From contig CALMGJ010000030.1 of assembly GCA_937863565.1 (NCBI GenBank), positions 1 to 64,000 on the forward strand: 64,000 nt of DNA, written 5' to 3'. The notes below the pieces were generated by a model. It worked only from the letters and a program-made list of their open reading frames with translations, did not search any database and was not told where the DNA came from. This stretch comes from an uncultured bacterium (GTDB lineage Bacteria; AUK180). Below, one piece after another: positions 26,138 to 37,145 of this stretch. The stretch's first letter is position 1; each line of letters begins with the position of its first letter. Made by a program: the position numbers and the translations under genes.

Positions 26138-26933
26138 CAATGATGACCTTATAGCCGTAAGGAACGGGTAGAGCTTCATGGCAGTGCCCGAAAGGGAAGG
26201 AAGTGAAGACCGGTCTCCTATATACCCTTCGGAGGCTTTTTATGATATCGACCTGTTCAGGTTTAAGCACGCCGGTAAAATCAAGAAAAACCGCCCGGGC
26301 TTTTCCGAGCACCCCGGCATTGAAAAGATGCATTATATAGCGGTCCAATGCGTATGCCTTTTCTTTTACATCTTCAAGAAAAAGCACCGTGTCCGGAGTA
26401 AGGGAAGGCATATAAGGGGTCCCGATAAGATTGACGAGAAGCGAAAGGCAGAAGACCTTTGCCGTGCCGGTGATCTTCCTGCCTGGCTCCGGTCCGAACG
26501 CATATGATGCGCCGAGATCATTTCCGGAAAGCAGGGCACAGGCGATATCAAAACCAATGCGTTGTTTGCCGTAAGTATAAGGCATCGGGCAGTACAGGAA
26601 ATCATGTCCCGCGTCCGCCGCGGCCGCGCCTATCACGGTAAAATCGCTGAATCCTGCCAAGATCTTCTTCTTTCCCTTCCCGAAGCGTATCTTCCGGATG
26701 ATCTGGCTTGCCCCGTAGCCGCCCCTTATAGCCCAGATAATGTCGCTCCCCGAAGCCAAAGCTTCGTTCATTTCGTCGGCGCGCCTCTCTACGCTCCCTG
26801 CAAAAGCTTCATCCTCCGAGAAGATATCCTTCCGGAATTCAACGGAGAAATTTTTACCGAGAAAGGAAATAGCTTTCTCGATCCGTTCGTGCGAACAGGC
26901 AAAAGAAGGGGCAACAAGAAAGATCCTCTTCAT
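26097..26933 (-). CDS. LD-carboxypeptidase (S66 family)
   Basis: LVAPS, AGSVERRA, IRGGYGA, GFSDFT (Ser), LFLEDV (Glu), FGH (His); ATG 26933 overlaps the xerC stop. Confidence 0.88.
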   Translation of the reverse strand: MKRIFLVAPSFACSHERIEKAISFLGKNFSVEFRKDIFSEDEAFAGSVERRADEMNEALASGSDIIWAIRGGYGASQIIRKIRFGKGKKKILAGFSDFTVIGAAAADAGHDFLYCPMPYTYGKQRIGFDIACALLSGNDLGASYAFGPEPGRKITGTAKVFCLSLLVNLIGTPYMPSLTPDTVLFLEDVKEKAYALDRYIMHLFNAGVLGKARAVFLDFTGVLKPEQVDIIKSLRRVYRRPVFTSFPFGHCHEALPVPYGYKVIIDEKNITFTRHSHS

Positions 26934-27832
26934 ACATCCTCTTTTCCCGCTGGATGGGTCCTTCCGTACACTTCCTTCAGTCTCGCTGTCGACAAGTGCG
27001 TATAGATCTGGGTTGTTGAAAGGGAAACATGCCCGAGTAATTCCTGCACTATCTTCAGATCGGCGCCTCCGTTCAGAAGATGCGTGGCGAATGTGTGCCT
27101 CAGCGTATGAGGAGATTTCCCCGTCTTTTTGGAAAGAACCGCCAGATGCCGGTCCACTATCAGGCGAACGCCTCTTGCAGTGATCTTCCCGCCGCGAAGG
27201 TTCACGAAGATCCAATTGTTTCCCCTGCAGGTCATTCCGGCCTCCTCCTTGTATCTGTAGTATTCCTTTAATGATCTTCCCGCGAATGAACCGAGCGGTA
27301 TGATCCTTTCCTTGGAGCCCTTTCCGAACACCTTGACCGTTTCCGAAATGAAATCGATATTGTCATGCCTTAATCCGGTCAGTTCGGATATACGCATGCC
27401 TGTTGAATAGAAAAGCTCGAAAATCGCCTTGTTCCTTGCGGATTTGAGATCTATGACCTCGATAGCCTCGATGATGCCGGCTATTTCCTCCACATTAAAA
27501 AACTGAGGCAGGTGTTTGGGCTTTTTAGGGGAGATCACGGAATTGACTGGATTAGCGAGCACCGCCCCTTCTCTGATCAAGAATCTGTAAAAGGCCCGGA
27601 GTGCGGAAAGTCTTCTCAGGATCGTCGTCTTCTCGAGCCCTCTTTTAACAAGCTCCGCCAGATATCTCCGTACTTTGTAATGATCGGCTTTCAGAAGATC
27701 AGCGCTTCCGGAAGCCGCTTTGAGGAACTCCGAGAAATCATCTATATCGTCCATGTAGGCCTTAACGGTATGTATGGAATAATTCTTCTGGATCTCGAGG
27801 AATTTACGGAATTCAGCGGCTGGTCTTAACAT
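26930..27832 (-). CDS. xerC: Tyrosine recombinase XerC
   Basis: YSIHTVKAY..D, TGMRISEL, GKGSKER, SPHTLRHTFATHLLNGGADL..VQELLGHVSLSTTQIYT. Confidence 0.9.
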   Translation of the reverse strand: MLRPAAEFRKFLEIQKNYSIHTVKAYMDDIDDFSEFLKAASGSADLLKADHYKVRRYLAELVKRGLEKTTILRRLSALRAFYRFLIREGAVLANPVNSVISPKKPKHLPQFFNVEEIAGIIEAIEVIDLKSARNKAIFELFYSTGMRISELTGLRHDNIDFISETVKVFGKGSKERIIPLGSFAGRSLKEYYRYKEEAGMTCRGNNWIFVNLRGGKITARGVRLIVDRHLAVLSKKTGKSPHTLRHTFATHLLNGGADLKIVQELLGHVSLSTTQIYTHLSTARLKEVYGRTHPAGKEDV

Positions 27833-29726
27833 TGAGATGTTTTTTGATCTTTTTCAGCAGGATTTGTTGAGTGAACGGTTTTTCTACGAATTCGACCACT
27901 CCGGCCTTGCGGGCCATCATCTGGAAGTTGGGGGATTTATAAACACCGGATATCATTATGACCTTGGTGGGTTCCATAATAAGCTTCTTGCCTTTAAGCT
28001 CCTCCATGAGCTTGAGGCCGTTCTTACCGGGAAGAAGTACGTCAAGGATGATGAGATCGTAATGATGCATTTCGAGAAGTTTATCCACATTGAAAGCGTT
28101 CTGGGCCACATCGACCTCATAACCGAGATCTGTGAACATGATCTTGAGGAGGATGCGCGTATTCTTCTCGTCATCTACGACCAGCAGGCGGGGTTTGTTC
28201 TTGTCATCTTTATTCTCCGGTTCCTTTCTCTCAATGACTACATCTGAATGGAACATCGATGAGTACAGGTCTTCGATGAGGTTCTTTACTTCGCTTTTGA
28301 AAAACTCGAAATCGGGATCGATCTCCGCGATCCTCAGATAGTTGCGGACCGCCTGATTGTAATTTTTCTGCGCGATCGAATATTCCGCCTGGAGCAGCAG
28401 AAAATCTATGTTGTCCGCATAACTCTCCATCATCTCCTTCATCTTGGAGGATGCATCCTTCTTTTTGTCGAAAAGAATGAGATACTGCAGATGAAGAAGT
28501 TCAAGGTTAGGATTTTTCCCGTCTATCTTCTGGAGTATTTTATAATGATGCGTAAAACTGAGCTTGTCTTTCTTCCGGAGGAAGACCTGGGAGAGTCTGA
28601 ACCTGAGATTGAAATTAGTATCCTCGATAGCAAGCCCTCTCTGAAAATAATCCATTGCCTTATCATAATCTCCCTGCATCATGTATATATTCCCGGTCTT
28701 TTCGATATAAATCACATTCTTGGGGTCTTGACGAAGAACATCGAGGAAATTAGTGATCGTTTTAGTGACCTGAGTCTCCGTAGTGGTCTTGTCCTCCGCT
28801 TTCCCGAGTTTGCTGCCGAGATTAAGCGTATATTTTTCCAGAAGGAAGTTCCCGAGATCTTCCGCTACCGTTACGAGATTGGAAAGGTTCTTCTCGATAT
28901 CTTTTGCGATATCGACCGCAGTGCTGTATCTATGCTCGGCGTCCTTTTCGAGGCAGCGCATAACGATATTCGAAATATGCAAAGGCACGTTCTTGTTGAT
29001 GATATAAGGAGGTTCGGGGACTTTTTGGCGGATATTCTTCATGATCTCATTTGCATCTGTTCCGATGAAGGGCAGTTTACCGGTGAGAAGCTCATAAGCC
29101 ACTACGCCGAGGGAGAAGATATCGCTGCGCTCGTCCAGCTGAGCTCCCAGAGTCTGTTCCGGCGACATATAGGGGAATTTCCCTGCCAGCATCTTCGCGT
29201 TCTCCTTCATTCCCTCGTTCGTTACTTTTGCGATACCGAAATCGGCGAGTTTAACATCGCCGGAAAAGGATACCATGATGTTCTGCGGGGAAACGTCCCT
29301 GTGAACGATGCCGAGCCTCCTGCCGTAATTATCTTTCAAATTATGGGCATGATGGAGCGCGAGAGCGGATTTATAGATTATATAGGCGATCTTCTCCCAT
29401 CCGATCTTGGTCAGACCGACGAGCTTATCGATCTCCTTGAGGTTCTTGCCGTGTACATACTCCATTACAATGAACAGGATATTATTCTGTTCTGAAAGTT
29501 CGAAGATCTGTATGATGTTCGGATGGACCAGTTTGGAGGATAACTCCGCCTCCTGTATGAACATTCTCTTCAAATCCAGATTTTTAGATATCTGGTCCTT
29601 GATGAATTTAATAGCGAAGACTTTTGTGAATCCTTCGGCGCCGATCTTTTTCGCCTTGAAAACGTCCGCCATACCGCCGGAAGCGATCTTTTCGATAATT
29701 TCGTAATCAGCGATTTTCTTTACCAT
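27813..29726 (-). CDS. Ser/Thr protein kinase - TPR - response-regulator receiver
   Basis: GGMADVF, AIK, HRDVSPQN, DFGIAK, YMSPEQ; TPR helices; LLVVDDE...ILDVLLPG...ISG...FVEKPF receiver. Confidence 0.9.
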   Translation of the reverse strand: MVKKIADYEIIEKIASGGMADVFKAKKIGAEGFTKVFAIKFIKDQISKNLDLKRMFIQEAELSSKLVHPNIIQIFELSEQNNILFIVMEYVHGKNLKEIDKLVGLTKIGWEKIAYIIYKSALALHHAHNLKDNYGRRLGIVHRDVSPQNIMVSFSGDVKLADFGIAKVTNEGMKENAKMLAGKFPYMSPEQTLGAQLDERSDIFSLGVVAYELLTGKLPFIGTDANEIMKNIRQKVPEPPYIINKNVPLHISNIVMRCLEKDAEHRYSTAVDIAKDIEKNLSNLVTVAEDLGNFLLEKYTLNLGSKLGKAEDKTTTETQVTKTITNFLDVLRQDPKNVIYIEKTGNIYMMQGDYDKAMDYFQRGLAIEDTNFNLRFRLSQVFLRKKDKLSFTHHYKILQKIDGKNPNLELLHLQYLILFDKKKDASSKMKEMMESYADNIDFLLLQAEYSIAQKNYNQAVRNYLRIAEIDPDFEFFKSEVKNLIEDLYSSMFHSDVVIERKEPENKDDKNKPRLLVVDDEKNTRILLKIMFTDLGYEVDVAQNAFNVDKLLEMHHYDLIILDVLLPGKNGLKLMEELKGKKLIMEPTKVIMISGVYKSPNFQMMARKAGVVEFVEKPFTQQILLKKIKKHLNVKTSR

Positions 29727-30580
29727 AAAAACCTTAAAAGCACCGCATTCATCATTAGAATTATAAAATAAAACCAGGAATATTTCAAAGGGAGTTGGCG
29801 CAAAACGGTGAAAAATATCACGTTATTCACCAAATTAAAAAGAAAAAGAATGCCCAAAGCCGCTGTCTTGCCGTATTTTTTCCTGAAACGGTGGTGGATA
29901 TGCAGATCGTCTTTCCCGAAAAGCGGTTTTCTGGAAGCCAACCTCCTCACAACAGCCCATGAAGTATCGAGAAATGGATACAGGAAAATAACGGAGATCC
30001 CCAGCGCACCGTAGAGGAACCCACGCCCCGCAATGCCCGTATAGATGAAATGGAACGCTGTATATCCGAGAAAAAGAGCTCCGCTGTCGCCGAGATACAT
30101 CTTGGCGGGAGGAAAGTTAATCAGCAGCATGACGCCTGCGGCAAAGATGCACAAAAGAAGGAATTTCTCTCCGGTTATAAGAAATGCGGTCAGGGCGCCG
30201 GTGATGAAAAGGGAGATCAGAAGTCCGTCCAGCCCGTCGGCCAGATTGAAGGCGTTCAGAAGAAAAATGAAAAGCGCGAATTCCAGAGGGTCTTTTCTTT
30301 TATAGTAGAAGAAATATGCCGTAACGAAACAGATCTCCAAAAAAAGTTTTAAAAGCGGTCTCAGATCGAAAATATCGTCAGACAGGCCAATTGAGACAAT
30401 AGCTGAAGAAAAGATAAGAAGACCCGCGTCATGGTGGAAAATAAAATAAATTACGGCAGGGATCAGGAATAGGATCCCTAAAAAAGGAGGTCTGCCACTC
30501 GCCTTTGAGGGGATCTTATCCTTGAATTTGAAAAGGACGAGGGCGGAAAGCGAAATAAGGATGACGCAAAGTTCAAACAG
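29720..30580 (-). CDS. MraY/WecA-family (GT4) polyprenyl-phosphate HexNAc-1-P transferase
   Basis: [40 protein letters not shown]. Frame stays open 80 codons upstream of the called TTG (30340), back to CTG 30580 or ATA 30586. Confidence 0.8.
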   Translation of the reverse strand: MFELCVILISLSALVLFKFKDKIPSKASGRPPFLGILFLIPAVIYFIFHHDAGLLIFSSAIVSIGLSDDIFDLRPLLKLFLEICFVTAYFFYYKRKDPLEFALFIFLLNAFNLADGLDGLLISLFITGALTAFLITGEKFLLLCIFAAGVMLLINFPPAKMYLGDSGALFLGYTAFHFIYTGIAGRGFLYGALGISVIFLYPFLDTSWAVVRRLASRKPLFGKDDLHIHHRFRKKYGKTAALGILFLFNLVNNVIFFTVLRQLPLKYSWFYFIILMMNAVLLRFLW

Positions 30581-31514
30581 TTTTATTGAAAGCGCCCCTG
30601 AAATATTCTATGGTCTTTGCGAGGCCCTGGTCCACATCCACCAAGGGTTCCCATCCGAGTTCTTTTTTGGCCTTCCCTATATCCGGCTGCCTGACCTTGG
30701 GGTCATCCACAGGCAGGGGCATATATTTTATCCCCGCTTTATTGCCGATTATTTCGTTGATCCTGTGCGCGAAATCAAGGATGGTCATCTCATGGGGATT
30801 CCCCAGGTTGACCGGCCCGGAACATTTGGAATTCATAAGAAGGATCAGACCTCTTACAAGATCGTCCACATAACAGAAAGACCTGGTCTGGCCTCCATTC
30901 CCGAATACAGTGAGAGGCTCTCCCTTCAATGCCTCCATGATGAAAGCGGGAACGACCCTGCCGTCATAAGGTCTCATTCTGGGGCCATAGGTATTGAATA
31001 TGCGCACGATATGCGTTCTTACTCCATGAAAACGCCTGTAAGCCTCTACGATCGCCTCTGCATACCTTTTAGCCTCGTCATAGACGCCTCTGGGGCCTAT
31101 GGGGTTCACATTGCCCCAGTATGTCTCCTTCTGAGGATGAACCAACGGGTCGCCGTATACTTCCGAGGTTGAAGCGAGAAGCAGAGCAGCATCATTCCTT
31201 TTCGCAATGCCGAGAGTGATATATGTGCCCAGAGCCCCGACCTTGAGCGTCTGGATGGGGAGTTTCAGGTAATCGATAGGAGAAGCCGGCGAAGCAAGGT
31301 GGTAGATTTGATCTATCTTCCTGTCGAAAAATACCGGTTTGGAAATATCGTGCTGTATGAAACGGAAATTCTTCCGCTTCATTATCGAGGCGATATTCTC
31401 GGGATTTCCCGTACAGAGATTATCGATGACGGTGACTTCATGGCCCTCATTAACGAGCTTTTCGGCAAGATGCGACCCTATGAAACCGGCGCCGCCGGTG
31501 ATCAGGATGTTCAT
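30573..31514 (-). CDS. UDP-glucuronic acid decarboxylase (UDP-xylose synthase)
   Basis: [66 protein letters not shown]. Confidence 0.92.
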   Translation of the reverse strand: MNILITGGAGFIGSHLAEKLVNEGHEVTVIDNLCTGNPENIASIMKRKNFRFIQHDISKPVFFDRKIDQIYHLASPASPIDYLKLPIQTLKVGALGTYITLGIAKRNDAALLLASTSEVYGDPLVHPQKETYWGNVNPIGPRGVYDEAKRYAEAIVEAYRRFHGVRTHIVRIFNTYGPRMRPYDGRVVPAFIMEALKGEPLTVFGNGGQTRSFCYVDDLVRGLILLMNSKCSGPVNLGNPHEMTILDFAHRINEIIGNKAGIKYMPLPVDDPKVRQPDIGKAKKELGWEPLVDVDQGLAKTIEYFRGAFNKTV

Positions 31515-32803
31515 ATACCCATTCCTATGTACCTGAATCCCGTCTCTTCCATCTCCTTTCTTTTATAGAAATTCCTGCCGTCCACGATAAGCGGCGTTTT
31601 AAGCCTCTTTTTGATCTCCTCGAAATTGACCTGCTTGAATTCTTTCCAGTCCGTCAGTATGAGCAGGGCGTCCGCTCCGTCAAGACAGGCGTACATGTCA
31701 GAACAGTACAGGGTCTTCTCAGGTAGAAGCCTTCTTGCGTTCTCCTCCGCTATAGGGTCATAGCACTTCACTTCGGCACCTTCTTTTATAAGGAAAGGAA
31801 CGATATCCAAAGAAGGGGCTTCCCTCATATCATCGGTATTATCCTTGAACGCCAATCCCCAGACGGCGAATTTTTTACCCTTCAATCCTCCGGCTGCGAA
31901 TGCGATCTTGTCGCAGTAGATCTTCCTCTGCAGTTTATTAACGTTCACGACCTCTTTGAGGATCTTGAAATCGTATTCCGCCTTCTTTGCGATATCGATA
32001 AGAGCGAGGGTGTCTTTCGGGAAACACGACCCGCCGTAACCGATTCCGGCGTTGAGGAACTTCTCACCGATGCGTGAATCGAGCCCCATCCCGTATGCCA
32101 CTTCCCGGACATTTGCGCCGACTTTGTCGCAAAGGTTGGCGATCTCGTTGATAAAGGATATCTTCGTAGCGAGAAAAGCATTAGAGGCATATTTGATCAT
32201 CTCTGAGGAAAGAATGTCCGTTTTTATGATATTATGGGTGAGCGGTTCGTACAGTTTCGATATCAGCTCGATCGCGCTGTTGTCATCGGAACCGATGACG
32301 ACCCTTTCCGTGTTCATGAAATCCGCTACGGCAGAACCCTCTCTGAGAAACTCGGGATTGGAAACAACAGCGAAAAGTTCCTCTTTTACGCCTGCTTCCA
32401 GCATGATCCTCTTGACATAATTGCCTGTTCCTACAGGAACTGTGCTTTTGTTGACAATGACGATCCGGTGATCGATCGCGGGCGCAAAATATTTTACTGC
32501 CGCAACAAGATACTGAAGGTCCGCCGAACCATCCTCGTCCTGAGGGGTTCCTACGGCAAGATATACGATATCGGTCTTAGGGACCGCTTCTTTAGCGTTA
32601 ATCGTGAACACGAGCCTGCCTTCCTTAAGGTTCTTTTTCAGAAGGTCGTTAAGCCCCGGTTCGTAAATAGGTGATTCCCCGCTTTTCAGTTTTTCGATCT
32701 TTGCCTGATCTACATCTACTCCGTATACTGAATTCCCGAGTTCAGCAAAGCATGTAGCCGTAACAAGGCCTACGTAACCTGTTCCAATGACCGTGATCTT
32801 CAT
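31511..32803 (-). CDS. ugd: UDP-glucose 6-dehydrogenase
   Basis: [45 protein letters not shown]. Confidence 0.95.
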   Translation of the reverse strand: MKITVIGTGYVGLVTATCFAELGNSVYGVDVDQAKIEKLKSGESPIYEPGLNDLLKKNLKEGRLVFTINAKEAVPKTDIVYLAVGTPQDEDGSADLQYLVAAVKYFAPAIDHRIVIVNKSTVPVGTGNYVKRIMLEAGVKEELFAVVSNPEFLREGSAVADFMNTERVVIGSDDNSAIELISKLYEPLTHNIIKTDILSSEMIKYASNAFLATKISFINEIANLCDKVGANVREVAYGMGLDSRIGEKFLNAGIGYGGSCFPKDTLALIDIAKKAEYDFKILKEVVNVNKLQRKIYCDKIAFAAGGLKGKKFAVWGLAFKDNTDDMREAPSLDIVPFLIKEGAEVKCYDPIAEENARRLLPEKTLYCSDMYACLDGADALLILTDWKEFKQVNFEEIKKRLKTPLIVDGRNFYKRKEMEETGFRYIGMGI

Positions 32804-32815
32804 ATATCCTCCAGT

Positions 32816-34222
32816 TCAATAGGCTCCTTTCTGTGAAAAGATGGCCGGTATGGTCTTAAGAATTATTTTAATGTCGAGCCAAAGACTCCAATGCTCGATA
32901 TAGAAAAGATCGAGTTTAACCATTTCTTCGAAGGAAAGCTCGCTCCTGCCGGAAACCTGCCAGAGTCCCGTGATCCCCTGCGTTGCGGATAATCGGTCCA
33001 GATGCCAACTTTCGTACTCCTCGACCTCGCGGGGGATGGGAGGCCGCGGGCCCACCAGAGACATATCGCCGGTAAGCACATTAATGAACTGCGGGAATTC
33101 ATCGATCGACCAGCGCCGGAGAAATTTCCCCATCTTTGTTATGCGCGGGTCGTTCTTCATTTTAAAGATAGGGCCGTCCGTTTTCTCGTTGAGGTGTTTG
33201 ATCTTGCTTTTTATCTCCTCGGCATTCGCTACCATGGAACGGAATTTAAGGCACTTGAAGATCCGGTTGTTCTTTGTGACCCGAAGCTGCCCGAAAAAGA
33301 CGGGCCCTTTGGAATCGATCTTGATCAATATCGCGATCACGATGAAAAACGGAGCGCCGACTATAATGACGCAGAGTGCGGCGCAAATATCGACCAGCCT
33401 TTTTAGAATATAATTGAAACCTTTCAGAGGAGATGGCGCCACGGAAAGAGTGGGTATGCCGTATATCTCCGTAATGGAAAGTTCTGAGGAGATCACTTCG
33501 AAAAGGGATGAGGCTATGATCACATTCACATCGTACTGAATACTGCGGATGATCTCCAGCCTCTTAATGTCGTTCAGCCTGTCGTCGGAAAAAATGATCT
33601 CGGAGATCCTGTATTTCCTTATTATCTCATTGATCTGTTTGATATCTCCGAGGATGGCAGCGTCGTATTTCTTTGAAGGTGCTATGGAGATGAATCCTAC
33701 GAAATGCATCCCGTGAGAAGGGAACCGCTCAAGCTTTTTCTGTATATCCCTGGAAGTTTCATTCGTTCCGATCACAGCGATATTCTTTATCCCGAACCCC
33801 ATGGAATAGAACAATCCTTCTATTCTGCGGTAGAAGAAATGAAATATCGATAGAAGTACGAGATTGAGAAGATACCAGGAAAGCACCACTGCCCTTGAAT
33901 ATATGTATGCTTTTCCGGCGAATATCAAAAGAAGAGATACGATAAAAGCGTTGAAAAGTCCGTTGAAAACGTACTTGATCTCGTCAAGGCTGAAAAAAGC
34001 CCGGCGATGCTTGTAAACACCGTTGATATGAAAAGAGAGAACTATAATAAGGACAGAAATAACGAAGAAGCTGAGATATTCATTGAAATGGATCGAATCG
34101 GGAAAAAGAAAATATCCATGTCTGAAATAGAAAACGAGCTGATATGACAGGCCTATAATGACAAGGTCAAGAATGATCGCCAGAAGAGCAAGGAAGAATC
34201 GTTGAAATTTAATGACCTTCAT
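32816..34222 (-). CDS. Polyprenyl glycosylphosphotransferase (WcaJ/WbaP-like)
   Basis: N-terminal TMs; KRLVDI, KFRSM, DPRITKMGKFLR..SIDEFPQ..NVLTGDMSLVGPRP, GITGLWQVSGR. Confidence 0.93.
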   Translation of the reverse strand: MKVIKFQRFFLALLAIILDLVIIGLSYQLVFYFRHGYFLFPDSIHFNEYLSFFVISVLIIVLSFHINGVYKHRRAFFSLDEIKYVFNGLFNAFIVSLLLIFAGKAYIYSRAVVLSWYLLNLVLLSIFHFFYRRIEGLFYSMGFGIKNIAVIGTNETSRDIQKKLERFPSHGMHFVGFISIAPSKKYDAAILGDIKQINEIIRKYRISEIIFSDDRLNDIKRLEIIRSIQYDVNVIIASSLFEVISSELSITEIYGIPTLSVAPSPLKGFNYILKRLVDICAALCVIIVGAPFFIVIAILIKIDSKGPVFFGQLRVTKNNRIFKCLKFRSMVANAEEIKSKIKHLNEKTDGPIFKMKNDPRITKMGKFLRRWSIDEFPQFINVLTGDMSLVGPRPPIPREVEEYESWHLDRLSATQGITGLWQVSGRSELSFEEMVKLDLFYIEHWSLWLDIKIILKTIPAIFSQKGAY

Positions 34223-36402
34223 TCGTCAATTTCGAGAGTGCAGTTCACCTCGTAGGATTTTCCTCCCTGGACAGTTATCTCCCGCGTGCAGTACCTGTAT
34301 TTCTCCTTGCTTATCACGATCTTGTAATATCCGCTCTTGAGCATCAGGGTTAGCGGGGTTTGCCCTTTAATCACTTCATTTATATAGATTGCGGCATCAT
34401 ACGGATACGATGTAATGGAGACCGTGCCGAACGCCTCGCTGAAATTCACCGTAACTGTCTGCGATTCAAGGAGATTGTACGAAAGCGTCTTTTCCGCATC
34501 TGAATCCGGATATACGAATTTAAAGGTGTGCTTTCCCGCAGGAAGCTTTCTGATCACTACGCCGTCTTTCTCGCATTCACCGATCAGTGACCCGTCCACA
34601 TTATAGATGTATCCCCACGGGAGCACTTTGAACTGAATGTTCACCATCTTCCTCTCGAGTTTGATCCTGAACGTTTTCGTATCGCCCGAGAAATGGAAAG
34701 TGCTCTCCAACCCTTCATAGCCTTCTTTCACGATCTTAATGCTGTGCGTTCTTGTCTCGAACTCCGGATTGTAAGAAAGGATATACGGAGAACTGTTGCT
34801 CTTGAATTCTCCGTCGATATAGAGCAGGGAATCATCCGGTTCGATGACGAAGGCTACGGAGGATGACTTTTCGGTCATGGTAACAGTGAACGGTATCGTA
34901 TTGGTCTTATTTAGGTTCACATCGAGCGGGAAATCGGCATATCCCGGTTTGCTGAAAATGAACTTATAGTTTTTATGCGACCTTATATCCATCGAATATA
35001 TGCCTTCCGCTTCCCTGATGTGTTCGTATTTACGGTTGTCGGCATCGGTCACCTCGAATGGATCTTTGTTTATATTGAATACCATCTTGATGTTACGGGA
35101 GGGCTGCACTACCTCAACTTCGCGCGAAGAGAAATACGGAATAAGATCGATCACCGGCAGAAACGCAGGGCGGTACAGAAGGGCGGAGGTCAGCTTCGGA
35201 GGGATCTTCAGCCCGTTCATGAAATCGGTATAGTAGCTGTAGAAGAAAACATCGAAAAGGAGGAAGGGGATCAGAAGCATGAGAAGGAGATTTAAAAGAA
35301 AGGAAAGCACATTGAACTTCTTCCGCCGCGAAGAATGCCTTGTTCTTGTTTCCTCGTTCCCGGCAGCTGCCGATTTAGCAGGGATTTCTTCGGAAGAAGA
35401 TATGTAAGGGATCTTCTGAGCTCTCCTGTTAAGACCAGAAAGCTCCTCGAATTCCCGCTTTATCTCTTCGCAGAAGTTCTCCTGCATGAAACGCGAAACG
35501 TTCAGTTCATCCTGAGAGAACCTTTTTTCGTAGAGATAGTCTTCAATATCCTTATGGAAATCACGCGCAGACTGGTATCTCTTTTCAGGGGAATATGCTA
35601 AAGCCTTCTGCAGGATCGCCTTTAATTTCGGGTCAAGGTCCGGGGCTATCGAGTCGATGGGAGTATAATCGCCGGCCCTGACCTTGCTCAACACTTCTAT
35701 CGAGTTCGTGCCCGAGAAGCATTTCCGTAAGAACAACATCTCATAGAGCATGATCCCGACGGAAAATATATCGCTCCTGCAATCCAGGACCTTCCCGTGA
35801 GCCTGTTCAGGGGACATATAGGAGATCTTCCCTTTAAGAACGCCGGTTCTTGTCTCCTCGAAATTATCGGCCGCCTTTGCGATCCCGAAATCCGTGATCT
35901 TTATTTCCCCCTCATATGAGATCATGATATTCTGCGGTGAAATGTCCCTGTGTATGATATCGAGCGGTCTTCCGGACATATCCTTAAGATTATGGGCGAA
36001 CCACAATCCTTTCAGGATCTCCGCCGTTATCTTGAGGGCAAGGTTCCGTATGTTCAATTTCCCCTGCGAGGCCTTTTTCAGGATATCCCGCAGGTTCTTG
36101 CCCCGTATGAACTCCATAACCATGAAAAAATGATCTCCCTCTCCGAGAAGATCGAATATTTTAACAATGTTCGGATGGTCGAGCTTCGAAGAGAGTTTCG
36201 CCTCCTGAAGGAACATGGAGAAGAAAGACTCGTTCTCCCGGAGATGGTCGTGGAGCTGTTTGATCGCATAGATTTTTTCGAAGCCGTGCGCGCCTTTTTT
36301 CCTTGCAAGGTAGACTTTGGCCATGCCTCCCGTAGCTATCTGCTTAAGAAGAATATAATCTTGGAAAATGATGAAGTCTTCCCATTGCCTAAGCATGATC
36401 AC
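34219..36402 (-). CDS. Membrane Ser/Thr protein kinase with extracytoplasmic PEGA domains
   Basis: GGMAKVY, HRDISPQN, DFGIAK, GKISYMSPEQ; one TM; SITSYPYDAAIYIN...GQTPL PEGA. Confidence 0.92.
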   Translation of the reverse strand: MIMLRQWEDFIIFQDYILLKQIATGGMAKVYLARKKGAHGFEKIYAIKQLHDHLRENESFFSMFLQEAKLSSKLDHPNIVKIFDLLGEGDHFFMVMEFIRGKNLRDILKKASQGKLNIRNLALKITAEILKGLWFAHNLKDMSGRPLDIIHRDISPQNIMISYEGEIKITDFGIAKAADNFEETRTGVLKGKISYMSPEQAHGKVLDCRSDIFSVGIMLYEMLFLRKCFSGTNSIEVLSKVRAGDYTPIDSIAPDLDPKLKAILQKALAYSPEKRYQSARDFHKDIEDYLYEKRFSQDELNVSRFMQENFCEEIKREFEELSGLNRRAQKIPYISSSEEIPAKSAAAGNEETRTRHSSRRKKFNVLSFLLNLLLMLLIPFLLFDVFFYSYYTDFMNGLKIPPKLTSALLYRPAFLPVIDLIPYFSSREVEVVQPSRNIKMVFNINKDPFEVTDADNRKYEHIREAEGIYSMDIRSHKNYKFIFSKPGYADFPLDVNLNKTNTIPFTVTMTEKSSSVAFVIEPDDSLLYIDGEFKSNSSPYILSYNPEFETRTHSIKIVKEGYEGLESTFHFSGDTKTFRIKLERKMVNIQFKVLPWGYIYNVDGSLIGECEKDGVVIRKLPAGKHTFKFVYPDSDAEKTLSYNLLESQTVTVNFSEAFGTVSITSYPYDAAIYINEVIKGQTPLTLMLKSGYYKIVISKEKYRYCTREITVQGGKSYEVNCTLEIDE

Positions 36403-37142
36403 ACCACTTTTACGGCGATGATGGTCACATTGTCCAATCCGCCTTTTTTCAAAGCTTCTTCAAGAAGGACATTGGCCATTTCCTGAGGCTCGCCGTACCT
36501 GGCCAACACCCTTGCTATTCCTTTATCGGGCACCATATCATAAAGCCCGTCAGAACACAGAATATACACGTCGTCCTTCGCGAATATGAAATTGGAATAT
36601 TCGGGGATCACCTGTTCGGCGCTTCCGAGAGCTCTCATAATGACATTCTTCCATTTATGACTTCTTGCTTCGTTTGTCGACATCTTATTCGTTCTCAGCT
36701 GTTCATTTATCCAGGAATGATCATTGGTGACCTGAAAAAGCTCACCTTCTCTGAAAAGGTATACGCGGCTGTCGCCCACATGGAAGGTCATGGCGGAATC
36801 ATTCAAAAAGATGATTCCCGCGGTCGTGGTTCCCATATCATTGTAGACGTCGCTGGCGGCCGCTTTTTTCCTGATCTCTATGTTCACTCTCTGGATTATC
36901 CTGTCCATGAGCGCGATGTTTTCCTTATGAGCGGTTTCCTTTATCGTAGGCACTGCCTTTGTGAACGCGGTTTTAAACAGGTCCACAGTGAGATTGCTGG
37001 CGATCTCACCGCCGTAATGCCCGCCCATACCGTCGGCGACCATGAATACACGTTCTTTCGGAATAATGAGAAAACTGTCTTCATTGATCTCTCTCTTCTT
37101 GCCGCGGTCCGTGATCACGCCGTATTCTAACTTATAGTCCAT
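36399..37142 (-). CDS. PP2C-type Ser/Thr phosphatase (Stp1/PrpC family)
   Basis: DRGKKREINED, VADGMGGH, MGTT, HVGDSR, CSDGL, GGLDNVT. Confidence 0.95.
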   Translation of the reverse strand: MDYKLEYGVITDRGKKREINEDSFLIIPKERVFMVADGMGGHYGGEIASNLTVDLFKTAFTKAVPTIKETAHKENIALMDRIIQRVNIEIRKKAAASDVYNDMGTTTAGIIFLNDSAMTFHVGDSRVYLFREGELFQVTNDHSWINEQLRTNKMSTNEARSHKWKNVIMRALGSAEQVIPEYSNFIFAKDDVYILCSDGLYDMVPDKGIARVLARYGEPQEMANVLLEEALKKGGLDNVTIIAVKVV

Positions 37143-37145
37143 TTT

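Noticed and set aside
26934..27215. N-terminal extension of the LD-carboxypeptidase in the ORF track
   Set aside because: Overlaps xerC out of frame; family similarity begins at ATG 26933.
26930..27832. Tyrosine recombinase near tRNA-Arg as a prophage/island integrase
   Set aside because: Size and motifs match housekeeping XerC; it is embedded in an overlapping gene run; no att duplication or phage genes seen.
28491..29495. Long antisense ORFs (also 37674-38639, 40360-41115, 41501-42259, 48275-49036, 57812-58525)
   Set aside because: Shadows of well-supported opposite-strand genes with no recognisable motifs.
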